NCBI GenBank assembly: GCA_034520965.1
Contig: JAXHMY010000001.1
Coordinates: 32,001 to 96,000, forward strand
DNA from: Spirochaetia bacterium
GTDB lineage: Bacteria; Spirochaetota; Spirochaetia; DSM-16054; Sediminispirochaetaceae
Length of the DNA stretch: 64,000 nucleotides
Reading direction: 5' to 3'
Positions within the stretch are counted from its first letter, which is position 1. Each line of letters begins with the position of its first letter. This document shows positions 22,093 through 31,495 of the stretch, piece by piece. The notes under the pieces were generated by a model. The model saw only the letters and a program-made list of their open reading frames with translations. It was not told where the DNA came from and searched no databases. The position numbers and the translations under genes were made by a program.

Positions 22093-22825
22093 TCTTTCTC
22101 ACTTTTTCCTGCTCCTTTTCATGGGATCAATTGGTGCGGTGGCCATCATGCCCTATGCGATGGCGATGCAGAGCACCGTGGAGTTTACTCCCGCCTTGAT
22201 TCTTATCTCGATTCTGCAGGGGATAATTCTCTCGGCAATCGCCATCTTTGTCGGTATGCTCGCTTCCCGCTCCCTGGGCCTTAGCATCTGGTCAGAACCG
22301 AATCGCTTTCCTGCAGCCATCCTTCTCGGTGTCTGTGCGGGAGTGCTGGTGCTGCTGCTGGAACTCTTTATCTTTCTTCCCAATCTTCCGGAGGCCCTTA
22401 CTGCTGTGGGGAGAACGGGACATATCGCTCCATGGAAGGGTCTGCTGGCTGGGTTCTACGGCGGAATCAACGAAGAGCTGATGATGCGATTCTTCATGCT
22501 CTCGGGACTCCTCTGGATTGTCACCCGGTTCTGGCACAGCCCGGAGGGAGGTGCGGTGACCGCCGCATTCTGGATCATCAATATTTTTATCGGGACCGTC
22601 TTTGGACTGGGGCACCTGCCGGCAATAAAGGCTGTAACGGATGTTACCCCCTTCCTCATAATCCGATCCATAGTCTTGAACCTGGGCCCGGGAGTGGTTT
22701 TCGGTTGGATTTTCTGGAAGTGGGGACTCAGTGCCGCCATGGTAAGCCACTTTTCGGCGGACATGGTGCTGCATGTGATCAATCCCTGGCTTACCAGGGT
22801 GCTTGGTCTGGGGGGTGGTGCTTAA
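22076..22825 (+). CDS. CPBP (CAAX/Abi) intramembrane metalloprotease
   Basis: EELMMR, FGLGH and HxxxD motifs; multiple TM helices. Confidence 0.88.
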   Translation: MTLNLNLSHFFLLLFMGSIGAVAIMPYAMAMQSTVEFTPALILISILQGIILSAIAIFVGMLASRSLGLSIWSEPNRFPAAILLGVCAGVLVLLLELFIFLPNLPEALTAVGRTGHIAPWKGLLAGFYGGINEELMMRFFMLSGLLWIVTRFWHSPEGGAVTAAFWIINIFIGTVFGLGHLPAIKAVTDVTPFLIIRSIVLNLGPGVVFGWIFWKWGLSAAMVSHFSADMVLHVINPWLTRVLGLGGGA

Positions 22826-22933
22826 TATTCCCAGGGAGATGGATACAGTCCCTTCGAGCAGGATGAAAAGATTCTGCTCAAAGGGACTCGTGAATCAAGC
22901 AGGAAATCAAGGATTTTCAATTTCCGAATGCCT

Positions 22934-23340
22934 TTAACGCCAAAACTTTCCAGTATCATAACATCGCCAATACTGTTTCGTGCGACCACATCTTTCAAAA
23001 AAACCGTGTGGTATACTCGTATTGCCGATTGAACGGTTTTGTTGAAAGTAGAAGAAGGATACACCGTAGCAGATAACTGCACAGGCTAATGCATAGTAAA
23101 GAATTGGTTCCGGGATGAGTATGGGAATATTCTCTGAAGCTCCGGTAAAGTACATCACAATTCGAATAACAGCCGTAGCAACAGACATTACCAATACACC
23201 CAGGAACATAATAAAGCTATAGTTCCCGTCTAACAGTATCGCTTCGGAATTTGAATAATAATGAGTAAACCAGGCAATTACTGCCATAAAGATATTAGCC
23301 GCAGCTCCAATTAATAAAGCGCGATTTTCCCTGTTATTTC
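22934..23340 (-). pseudogene. Cation-efflux (CDF) transporter fragment, joined to a possible AAA-ATPase fragment
   Basis: SNSEAILLDGNYS CDF N-terminal motif; VYHTVFLKDVVARN reads in an overlapping frame. Confidence 0.5.
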
Positions 23341-23487
23341 ACATGTATGATCTCTCCTGTTAAGATGGCAAGTCGAACTATTCTGCTGCAGATTAGTCTA
23401 ACCGGCCTGATTTTTTAGAAACTTTTTAGTTTTGGTATTATTGCTTACCATCCTGATCTCCTTATTTTAACAGCCGACCCTGCCGGA

Positions 23488-24252
23488 TCAAAACCGCATC
23501 TCCGCCAGCCAGGAAGTCAGCTCTTCCTCGCGGTTCTTGAGCTTGTCGCTGGCTTCATTGTATTCCCCGGGCAGATATTCCCCCGCAATCCTGCCGTCCA
23601 GGATAAAGAGCACCCGCCCTGCTCTTGCGGCCACTTTGACATCGTGGGTCACCAGCAGGATGGTTACGCCGCTACGGTGGATCTGGGCCAGGAGGTCCAT
23701 AATCTCGTTGGCGGAGGTGGAGTTCAATGCGCCCGTCGGCTCGTCGCCGAAGATGATGTTCGGGTCGCCCATCAGGGCCCGGCAGATGCCCACCCGCTGG
23801 AGCTGCCCGCCCGAGGCCTGGATGATGGAACGCTCCTCCAGCCCGGCGATGCCGGTTTTTTCCATCAGCGTCCTGGCTTTGGCGACCAGCTGAGCGCCAT
23901 TCTTGCGGCCGTCGCGCATGGAGGGCAAAATGATGTTGTCGAGAATATTCAGGTTTTTGAGCAGCGTCGGCTGCTGGAATACAAAGCCCATATTCCTGCG
24001 GCGCAGGTCGGCCAGTTGATTTTCTTTTAGCACCGACAAATCGGTGCCGTCAAAGGTGACGGTTCCGCTGTCGATGCTGTCCATGCCGCTCAAGGCATAC
24101 AGCAGCGTTGATTTCCCCGAACCCGAAGGACCCATCACAGCGACAAATTCGCCCTGGTGAATCTCTACCGAGATACTGTCGAGGACTTTCTGCTTTTCCG
24201 CGGCCAGACCGAAAGACTTGGTAATTTTTTTGCTGCTAATGAGCTCTTGCAT
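23488..24252 (-). CDS. ABC transporter ATP-binding protein (LolD/MacB type)
   Basis: GPSGSGKS, SGGQ, DEPTGAL and VTHD motifs. Confidence 0.93.
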   Translation of the reverse strand: MQELISSKKITKSFGLAAEKQKVLDSISVEIHQGEFVAVMGPSGSGKSTLLYALSGMDSIDSGTVTFDGTDLSVLKENQLADLRRRNMGFVFQQPTLLKNLNILDNIILPSMRDGRKNGAQLVAKARTLMEKTGIAGLEERSIIQASGGQLQRVGICRALMGDPNIIFGDEPTGALNSTSANEIMDLLAQIHRSGVTILLVTHDVKVAARAGRVLFILDGRIAGEYLPGEYNEASDKLKNREEELTSWLAEMRF

Positions 24253-24255
24253 CCT

Positions 24256-26574
24256 TTACTCCTTGATATTGTCAGAAATGGTAATGTACCCCGCATCCAG
24301 GGTCCCGAAGATTGTTGCGGCCAGGGCCGCCCCTGCCATCAGCAGCGGGCTGAGCAGGCAGGCAAAGCCCGAGTTGACGATGAATGTAAAGGAGGCCGCC
24401 CCAAAGGAGCCAATCACCATCCCCGCAAGGACCTCACCTATAGTATTAGCCAGCACCGTGCCAAGCAGGATGCCAATGATCAGAACGAAAACCGAACGAG
24501 CCACATACTGCGCCTTGATGTCCCTGTTCGTAAAACCGAAGGCCTTCATCACCGCAATCGCATATCTGTCTTTGGCGACCAGCATACGCATGAACAACAG
24601 GGTGATCAGTGCGGTAAGGATCAGCGCAACGGCAACGGCCGCAGAAGCTGCCTTTCCGATGGCGTCGATGGTCCCGCCAAAGGTCTGGCGGACAAATTCA
24701 TCAATGTCCGAGACCTTGGCAAAAGCGAACCTGCCCGAATACCTGGCAGTTGTTTCAACCACCTGCGCCGGATCTGCAAGCCCGGCGGTGATAATGCTCC
24801 ACATGATATCTGCCGAGTCGCCTGCGAACACTGCTTTGGCGGATTTGCCGCCGTGGGTCACATCGGAATAGGTGCCGCAGACCGTGAGCATTCTCTTACG
24901 CCCATCAATAATCAGGGTGATGACATCCCCCACCCTTGTGTCCATTTCCCTGGCGTTCATCATCGAAAGGGCGATTTCGCTCTCCGCCGCTGGGGCACGT
25001 CCCTTAATATAGGTTAGGGGAAAGACCGAATGGTCGCCCAGTTCAACCTTGAGATTTTCCTCCGAGCCGTCAGCCAGTTGCAGGCGGAACGTTTTTGTGG
25101 TCAGCACGACAAACCTGGAGATGGAAGCATCATCCGCCATCGCCGCGGCTATCTCCGCTGTTTTTTCGGCAATGCGGTCGGTCTGCTGGATGTCAACTCG
25201 CAGGTCGCTCTTCCCGACACCCATGTAGGTGATGAAGCTTTTTGAGGCGATGGTGTTGTGCAAATTCTGCGGGACGATGATGATGAACGTAGCCAGCGTC
25301 AGCACCGCCAGCATGGTGGCGTACAGACTTTTTCGTGCAAGCACATCTTTGACGCCAAGGAAGACATTCGTGCCGAGCAGTCTGTTCACACTCAGGCGAA
25401 AGCGCCGCCCCCCTCCCGATTTTTCCTGTGAAATCCCGAACCGGACTGCTTCCGCCGGAGATATTTTGCGAAACCGTCCCAGTACACCGTTCACATAGAA
25501 GCTGATTGTCAGAAACACCAGCAAGACGCTGATAATCCCCAACAGCGGAGCCAGGGCGGTGTTGGAGCTTTCGCCCATGTAGAGCCGTATATTGGCAAGC
25601 AGGGCGTCCCGGAAAAGAAAAGATAGCCCATAGCCCAGCAGGCTGCCCACCGCTGCGATGGCAACATATCTGGTCAAATAGATTTTTTTGATGTCCGAAA
25701 CGCGAAGGCCGATGGCTTTCATTACGCCGATTTCACGGTAGTCGTCTTCAATTTTTGCCAGCAGGGTGAAGCGGATACACAGGAAGGCAATGGCAAGCAC
25801 CAGGGCGCTGACCAGGAGAATAACCGCTATCATCAGCCCGTCGGAGATGGCATTCATCATTCTGAACAGCGGATAGGTGATGGTCGGACCGTTGGCTTCG
25901 AGCCCCGCGGCGCTGTAGGCTGTCCCGAAGGCACTCAGCCTGTCCAGGTCATGCAGCCGGAACTGGATCAGGTATTCCACCCTGCCGGACTGCCTGAGGG
26001 CGGCAAAGTCCTTGTGACTGACCAGAAAGCGCTTGGAGGAGGCGAGCATGGGCTGCATCTGCGAATCCCGGAGAGGTCCTGCAATGGTGAGGATCTTCCC
26101 TGCTACCGTCACGGTGTCGCCGACTCCGGCGGTGCCATCCTGCAAGTAGACGATGGGAAGATAGATTTCCCCATCTGCGACCGTGATACGGTTACCATCG
26201 AGGTCCATCAGGAAATCGAATTTTTCACTCTGAACCACCAGCCCGTTATCCTGGATACTGCCTGCCAGGGAGCCGTCGGCAAATTCAAACTGCGCGCCCT
26301 CCACGTTGAGAAATTCAATCACCTGGAAATCGGCCACATCCTCATTGTGGTCTGCAAAAGCCGCCAGCCGCACCAGGTCCACTTCGCCGGCGTGCATCTG
26401 CATGAAATGGGGCGTTTTTCCCTGGGTCATCATGGTATCAATCGCACCCCCCAGGTTGACCACCAGGATGGCCGCCAGGGCAACCAGCATGGCTGCCGCG
26501 GCAACAAACATCATCGTTACCAGGGTAATCGCCTTGCTCTTCAAAATATCGTTACGGAGCAGTCGATAATACAT
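24256..26574 (-). CDS. FtsX-like ABC transporter permease
   Basis: Two REIGVMKAIG-type repeats with TM clusters. Confidence 0.9.
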   Translation of the reverse strand: MYYRLLRNDILKSKAITLVTMMFVAAAAMLVALAAILVVNLGGAIDTMMTQGKTPHFMQMHAGEVDLVRLAAFADHNEDVADFQVIEFLNVEGAQFEFADGSLAGSIQDNGLVVQSEKFDFLMDLDGNRITVADGEIYLPIVYLQDGTAGVGDTVTVAGKILTIAGPLRDSQMQPMLASSKRFLVSHKDFAALRQSGRVEYLIQFRLHDLDRLSAFGTAYSAAGLEANGPTITYPLFRMMNAISDGLMIAVILLVSALVLAIAFLCIRFTLLAKIEDDYREIGVMKAIGLRVSDIKKIYLTRYVAIAAVGSLLGYGLSFLFRDALLANIRLYMGESSNTALAPLLGIISVLLVFLTISFYVNGVLGRFRKISPAEAVRFGISQEKSGGGRRFRLSVNRLLGTNVFLGVKDVLARKSLYATMLAVLTLATFIIIVPQNLHNTIASKSFITYMGVGKSDLRVDIQQTDRIAEKTAEIAAAMADDASISRFVVLTTKTFRLQLADGSEENLKVELGDHSVFPLTYIKGRAPAAESEIALSMMNAREMDTRVGDVITLIIDGRKRMLTVCGTYSDVTHGGKSAKAVFAGDSADIMWSIITAGLADPAQVVETTARYSGRFAFAKVSDIDEFVRQTFGGTIDAIGKAASAAVAVALILTALITLLFMRMLVAKDRYAIAVMKAFGFTNRDIKAQYVARSVFVLIIGILLGTVLANTIGEVLAGMVIGSFGAASFTFIVNSGFACLLSPLLMAGAALAATIFGTLDAGYITISDNIKE

Positions 26575-26577
26575 GGC

Positions 26578-26817
26578 TCACTCCCCGGTATCCGGTTCAG
26601 GATCTATCTGCTGGAACAGCGTCAGTTGCAGTCCCAGATCGCATATCCGTCTGAGAATGCCGTCCGATGCGGCCTGGTCAAGAATGGAGCCGCGCAGTAT
26701 GGTTTGGCCATCGGGGCTGTATTCTACATTAAAATCTTCAAACCAGATCAATGCATTCTGACCCAGGTGACCTTTTACACGGATTTCGTAATATTTGCCG
26801 GTTTCTTGTGTTTTCAT
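26578..26817 (-). CDS. Small conserved hypothetical protein
   Basis: YEIRVKGHL..DQAA..G.L..I.DLGL motif, often seen next to MalT-like regulators. Confidence 0.7.
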   Translation of the reverse strand: MKTQETGKYYEIRVKGHLGQNALIWFEDFNVEYSPDGQTILRGSILDQAASDGILRRICDLGLQLTLFQQIDPEPDTGE

Positions 26818-26927
26818 GGCATGAGTCTATGCCATGGGCAGTCATTATAGAAACACACCTTGGTGGGATTTTTAGAAAACATGGGGTAACACTTTAGTGT
26901 CAGGCGGCTTTGCGGGGTGCCGGGGAA

Positions 26928-29210
26928 TCAAATCAGGCCCAGTCTGCCTGCTTCCAAAATTGCCTGAGATCGGCGGATTACCCCCAGTTTGCCGTAGAGG
27001 TTATTGTTATGGCGTTTAACCGTGTTAAGAGCGATGAAGAGTTCATCGGCAATTTCCTGGTTCGATTTGCCTGCGCACATTAAACGCAACACATCGAGTT
27101 CGCGCTCACTTAACGGTTCGATTAATGGCTGGAACGACGGCTGCGCCGGCAAGGCTTTGCTGTTTAATAATTCCCGGTTCCGGGCAATTGCGTCATTCAG
27201 GAACCGGTTATTGATCGACAGGGCAATCTGTTCTGCTTTGCCCATCTCAGCATGCACCTGATCTGGTTTCCCCTGCAGGTGATGCAGACGCGCCGCAACA
27301 AGATAGCCCTGGGCCAGATAGTATGTGTGGCCGCTTTTTATGGCTGTTTCCAGGCCTTGATCGAGAAGTGTTTCTGCTTCTTCCCATGATTTTTTGGTGT
27401 ACAGAACATCCGCCAGGGCGAGTTTAATCAGACAAAAAGCAGGATAATTGGCATAAGCTGATTGTTCTGTCAGGGATAACTCGTGACGGCAGATCGCCTC
27501 GGCCTCTTCCATACGCCCTCTCGCAAGACAGATTCCTGCCCATTCCATCGTCGCGTGGGCGAGGGCCAAAATATTGCCACATCTGCGTGCGTGGGGACTG
27601 ACCCTGCTCAGGTAATCTGCTGCCCGATCCGGATCACCGGCCGCCACACAGGCATAGCCCAACTGTGAATAGCAGGCGGTGTAGCCCATATCGGCATACA
27701 AGGGACCGAGGGTTTCACCCAGCTCCGCGATTGCCGGCAAAAGTTGTTCAATCTCCCTGCTCGCCTCTGCAACATCTCCCCGATGACGCATGACAATGGC
27801 TTGCAACAAAACCACCTGATGCACAATTATGTTATACTCGGGATGATCCACCGGTAACTTCCCCTCTGTGACCATCTGTTCGAAGGCCTGCCTGATATCG
27901 TCGAGGTATAAAGCAATACGTTCATAATCACCTCGTATAAAGAGGGTCCAGCAATATGCCACCCCTAATGGCGGAGATTGACGAATTACATCGGCGGGTA
28001 TGGATTCGAGCCATTGCACCGCGGTGCCCACACGTCCTGTATGATAGACGCGCCGCCAGTTATCGGTCACAAGTCGGCTGACATACGTGTAATCGGGAAT
28101 AGCGAAGGCATGATACAGGGCATCTTCGGGATGATGATTATCCTGAAACCATTCCGCAGCGCGCCTGTGCAGAACCGGCACATCTTCGCCCCTGGTGCGT
28201 TTCAGATGGCTTTTAAGAAATTCCGCAAAAAGGTGATGATAGCGAAACCAGTAGTGCTCTTCATCCAGGGGTATCACAAAAAGATTGCGGCGGCGTAAAT
28301 CCTCCAGGACTGCCGCGCCCTTCGTTGACTCTGTTAGCGCATCGCACAAGGGTGGAGACATTCGCTGGAGTATGGAGGTTTCAAGCAGGAAATTCTGCAG
28401 TTCCTCCGGCTGGTGACACAGGACCTCTTCTACCAGATATTCCAGCACAAAATGCCGGCTGCCGGCGAAATCCTGAATAAACCCATGGGTGTCGGCAAGG
28501 CCCTGCATTGAAAGCGCGGCCAGTTTTAATCCGGCAATCCAGCCCTCAGTGCGTGTTTCGAGTGCCTTTACATCATCCTCCGTCAGCTCCAGGTTCATCA
28601 GATCATTCAGAAAGGACGAGGCGTCATCAAAATCGAACCGCAGATCAGAAACGCGCACTTCCGTCAGCTGCCCGCGCATCCGTAAACGGCCAAGCGGCAG
28701 AGGAGGGTCATTACGCGAAGCAATAACAATATGAAGGGATGGAGGAATATGCTCAAGCAGAAAGTTCATCCCTTCATGAATATCCGCATTGGAAAGCACA
28801 TGATAATCATCCAGCACGATAATAAGCCGTTGTTCACTTGCGGCCAGCTCATTAACCAGGACAGTGAGAAATAACTCGGTATCAAAATCCTGGGCCGACT
28901 CCGATAATTGCAGCACCGGCCGGCCCCACTGATTCGACACCTCCTGAAGGGCGCTTACAAAGTACCTCCAGAAACGAATCGGATTATTGTCGCGGTTGTC
29001 CAGGGAAAGCCAGGCCACCTGGTCCTGATGGGCTGTAATCCATTCGACAAGAAAAGTGGATTTGCCATACCCGGCGGGAGCGGAAACAAGGGTCAGGGCC
29101 TTTCCCGCCTTCAAACCTGCAGTCAATCGATCAAGAAGATGGGGACGATGAACGATATTGGCTGGAAGAGAAGGGATAAACAGTTTGGTCAGCAGGATAG
29201 AAGAGTCCAT
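26928..29210 (-). CDS. MalT/LuxR-family (LAL) transcriptional regulator
   Basis: APAGYGKS, VLDDYH, TEGW, FRYHHLF and a C-terminal LuxR HTH. Confidence 0.92.
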   Translation of the reverse strand: MDSSILLTKLFIPSLPANIVHRPHLLDRLTAGLKAGKALTLVSAPAGYGKSTFLVEWITAHQDQVAWLSLDNRDNNPIRFWRYFVSALQEVSNQWGRPVLQLSESAQDFDTELFLTVLVNELAASEQRLIIVLDDYHVLSNADIHEGMNFLLEHIPPSLHIVIASRNDPPLPLGRLRMRGQLTEVRVSDLRFDFDDASSFLNDLMNLELTEDDVKALETRTEGWIAGLKLAALSMQGLADTHGFIQDFAGSRHFVLEYLVEEVLCHQPEELQNFLLETSILQRMSPPLCDALTESTKGAAVLEDLRRRNLFVIPLDEEHYWFRYHHLFAEFLKSHLKRTRGEDVPVLHRRAAEWFQDNHHPEDALYHAFAIPDYTYVSRLVTDNWRRVYHTGRVGTAVQWLESIPADVIRQSPPLGVAYCWTLFIRGDYERIALYLDDIRQAFEQMVTEGKLPVDHPEYNIIVHQVVLLQAIVMRHRGDVAEASREIEQLLPAIAELGETLGPLYADMGYTACYSQLGYACVAAGDPDRAADYLSRVSPHARRCGNILALAHATMEWAGICLARGRMEEAEAICRHELSLTEQSAYANYPAFCLIKLALADVLYTKKSWEEAETLLDQGLETAIKSGHTYYLAQGYLVAARLHHLQGKPDQVHAEMGKAEQIALSINNRFLNDAIARNRELLNSKALPAQPSFQPLIEPLSERELDVLRLMCAGKSNQEIADELFIALNTVKRHNNNLYGKLGVIRRSQAILEAGRLGLI

Positions 29211-29279
29211 TTTAAATCCACCTTACCACAAAAAGGCTGGACGGGACAGATTTTTCTGGCTGGCAGTGTTTTTATTTAC

Positions 29280-29480
29280 AGGTACCTGCAGGAACTCTGC
29301 AGAGAACTCATTTTCTTGAGGATGACATCATTTTTCATGCAATTTCCTCTGAAGCAGCTGCAGTCTGATCCGGTTGATCTGAGGAGCAAGGTCAGTCTGG
29401 TAATCCATCATTTCAATAGCCTTATTGCCGGGGAACCGCTTCGGTAAAACCGGTATTCGGATTCATCCAGAGAAAATGAG
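29280..29480 (-). pseudogene. Possible MNT 3' end plus DUF86/HepT 5' end remnant
   Basis: Fragments MMDYQTDLAPQINRIR and an overlapping MKNDVILKKMSSL; recognised by eye only. Confidence 0.4.
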
Positions 29481-29618
29481 TGCAACCGCTTCTCGTAAGC
29501 TCTCTTTTGCCTCTTCAATCGTCTCTCCCTGACCGTTTGCACCGGGAACCTCCGGACAAATTGCCCAGAAACCGCCCTCCGGAGCTTTCTCAATAATTGC
29601 CGTGAGCTCACCCTTCAT
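29463..29618 (-). pseudogene. hicB: Truncated HicB (paralog of 8274-8531)
   Basis: MKGELTAIIEKAPEGGFWAICPEVPGANGQGETIEEAKESLREAVALI, after which similarity is lost. Confidence 0.8.
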
Positions 29619-29635
29619 ATTTCTTCCCCCACTAT

Positions 29636-29673
29636 CATTATAACAGTGAATTAGCTCGCTTGTCTCGATTGAA
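29636..29673 (-). promoter_or_regulatory. Repeated TA promoter module, copy 4
   Basis: cattataacagtgaattagctcgcttgtctcgattgaa. Confidence 0.65.
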
Positions 29674-29723
29674 AACATCATTACGACATAGCAGAAAGCA
29701 CTAACAGGCACTCACACTGCACC

Positions 29724-29959
29724 AAGTTACAACAAAGTTACACCACTTTGTCGAAAAGTATATGATCTATATGATAAATCATCCCTTTTCCTAACCCAAT
29801 TCTGCATTATACACGACTAATATGTCCAATATAATAAAAAAAGCCTTCGAAGCCGTAGGTCGTCCGTTCGAGTCGGCGAGCGGCAGCGAGGGAAGGCGAA
29901 ACAGCTGCGTACCGGAGGACCTAAGGTCCGAGGGACGCAGCGATAATCCTGCTGGACGT
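29724..29959 (+). repeat. att-like junction repeat, copy 5; tRNA-Arg 3' half with a cttcgaa loop and an insertion of about 75 nt in the T-loop
   Basis: aagttacaacaaagttacacc..gtatatgatctatatga..gccttcgaagccgtaggtcgtccgttcga[insert]atcctgctggacgt. Confidence 0.85.
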
Positions 29960-29988
29960 CATAACATCCTAAATGGTATATTAGACAT

Positions 29989-30131
29989 ATGCCTTCGGTA
30001 AAAGGGATATCGGGACCATATCGATTCTCTTAAGCACGAATCATGGATTTTCTCCTCACGAGCTTAACAAAATACGTAATTTAATTCGAAAAAACGAGAA
30101 GAAAATAGCGGAGGCTTGGCGTGAGCACTGA
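29989..30131 (+). pseudogene. DUF4160 toxin gene with an internal deletion
   Basis: MPSVKGISGPYRF is joined out of frame to NHGFSPHELNKIRNLI..EAWREH*; the central HVHV region is missing. Confidence 0.8.
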
Positions 30132-30387
30132 GAATAATGTAGAGGCAAGAATAAAAAAAGCACGTATCACTGAGGACGAAATTATCGCCCATCTTGTAGA
30201 TGGCCGCACCATAAGTGTGCCCCTCACTTGGTCGTGGAGACTATCAGAAGCTACCGAAACACAGAGAAACAACTATGAGCTGATCGGTGACGGATTAGGG
30301 ATTCATTGGCCGGATGTAGACGAGGATATAAGCGCACGGGGAATGTTAATGGGCACTCCTGCAAAGCCCCCAAAGCAGAAGGTATAA
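30121..30387 (+). CDS. DUF2442 antitoxin
   Basis: L.DGRTISVPL.W..RL..A...R..YELIGDG.GIHWPDVDEDIS. Confidence 0.9.
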   Translation: MSTENNVEARIKKARITEDEIIAHLVDGRTISVPLTWSWRLSEATETQRNNYELIGDGLGIHWPDVDEDISARGMLMGTPAKPPKQKV

Positions 30388-30408
30388 TTCCGCATTCTCA
30401 ATACGATC

Positions 30409-30573
30409 CAGACTCACATCGAGTTCACATCAATTTGTCAGGGCGTATATGAACTATATGAGGAATAACCTCTTTCCTAAACAAATTCTCTGTTATACAT
30501 GCCTAATATGTCTAATATAGTTAAAACATGGCCTTCTAAGCCGTAGGTCGCCCGTTCGAGTCAGGCTGGACGT
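30409..30573 (+). repeat. att-like junction repeat, copy 6, with tRNA-Arg(UCU) 3' half at 30528-30573
   Basis: tcacatc twice at 11-bp spacing, gtatatgaactatatga, then atggc-cttctaa-gccgt aggtc gcccg-ttcgagt-caggc tggacgt. Confidence 0.85.
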
Positions 30574-30715
30574 AGAAATTCCACGCCGCATAATGCAGCA
30601 CTTCCACTTCTAACAGCAATTCGCAAAAGGGAACCTGTGGAAAGCGTGATCTTTCCCGGTTTCGTGTGGGACTGCGGCAAGGCATAGAGCGCCGGGAAAA
30701 CCAGTCAACCGACGT

Positions 30716-30826
30716 AAGGCATTGACTCGTTACCTCATCATACGCATGGTTCAGTTCCGTGGCGGTGGTTAGTCGTTACACGTGCCGGATTGTCCGGTTT
30801 GCTTACATTAGCTTTGCTTGGCGCAC
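30716..30826 (-). mobile_element. Probable group II intron 5' fragment
   Basis: Minus strand begins GTGCGCC, followed by domain-I-like ccgg..tccgg and aactgaaccatgcg..gaggtaacga; no RT and no domain V. Confidence 0.5.
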
Positions 30827-30845
30827 TCATATGGTAAGTCTCTAC

Positions 30846-31052
30846 CTATTTTTGCAGCTTAAGCAATTCCTCAGACAGGGAATCTATAGTATCACCTTTT
30901 AGCAGATTCTCCCTTTCTTTTGTGTAATCGCCGTAACCACGGCTGTATTGTTGCAGAAACTCTATTGCTACATCGGGACCCAATTCTCTGTTCAAAATCT
31001 GAAGACCAACCATCCTAATTTTTTCCGGGCTCATGCCTTGTGTATTTATCAT
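30846..31052 (-). CDS. Small putative antitoxin paired with the PIN toxin
   Basis: 68 aa, L..ELGP..A..FL..Y..GYGDYTKER; overlaps the PIN stop codon. Confidence 0.7.
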   Translation of the reverse strand: MINTQGMSPEKIRMVGLQILNRELGPDVAIEFLQQYSRGYGDYTKERENLLKGDTIDSLSEELLKLQK

Positions 31053-31495
31053 TCAATTACCTCCTGAAGCCATGTGACGGGGTTTTCAACTCTGACTCGC
31101 AGCTTGTCTACATTTGCTTTGCTCTTCTTCATCAGCTTATCATCGACGGTTAGAAAAGCATCTACTTTTGCCTTTTCCGCACAGACAAGATGCAGGGCAT
31201 CCATAGCTTTAAAGCCAAGGGACTCAAGAACTCTTGCCCGTTCAATTTCCTTTTCTGTTGCGAATATCTTCTCTGAAAGTTCTGCCATAAAAGCAATGAC
31301 GCTGTCTCTTTTTTCAATGTCCGTAGTTCTGTTGATTTCAAGATCAAGAACGCTGCTCCCAATCCAGATAACATCACCAAGCCTTATATGCTTCAAGATA
31401 TATCTTACAGCCTCTGACTCAAGGTGAATGCGTTCCTGCTCCTGATCGTCGAAGGGTCTGTTTAAACAGCATACATCCAGATAAACTCTTTTCAT
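31049..31495 (-). CDS. vapC: PIN-domain (VapC-like) toxin
   Basis: VYLDVCCLNRPFDD..DALHL..FLTVDD. Confidence 0.9.
   Translation of the reverse strand: MKRVYLDVCCLNRPFDDQEQERIHLESEAVRYILKHIRLGDVIWIGSSVLDLEINRTTDIEKRDSVIAFMAELSEKIFATEKEIERARVLESLGFKAMDALHLVCAEKAKVDAFLTVDDKLMKKSKANVDKLRVRVENPVTWLQEVIE

Noticed and set aside
152..30573. CRISPR array or classical integron attC sites
   Set aside because: Spacing is 0.5-12 kb, there are no cas or intI genes, and no RYYYAAC..GTTRRRY palindromic structure was recognised.
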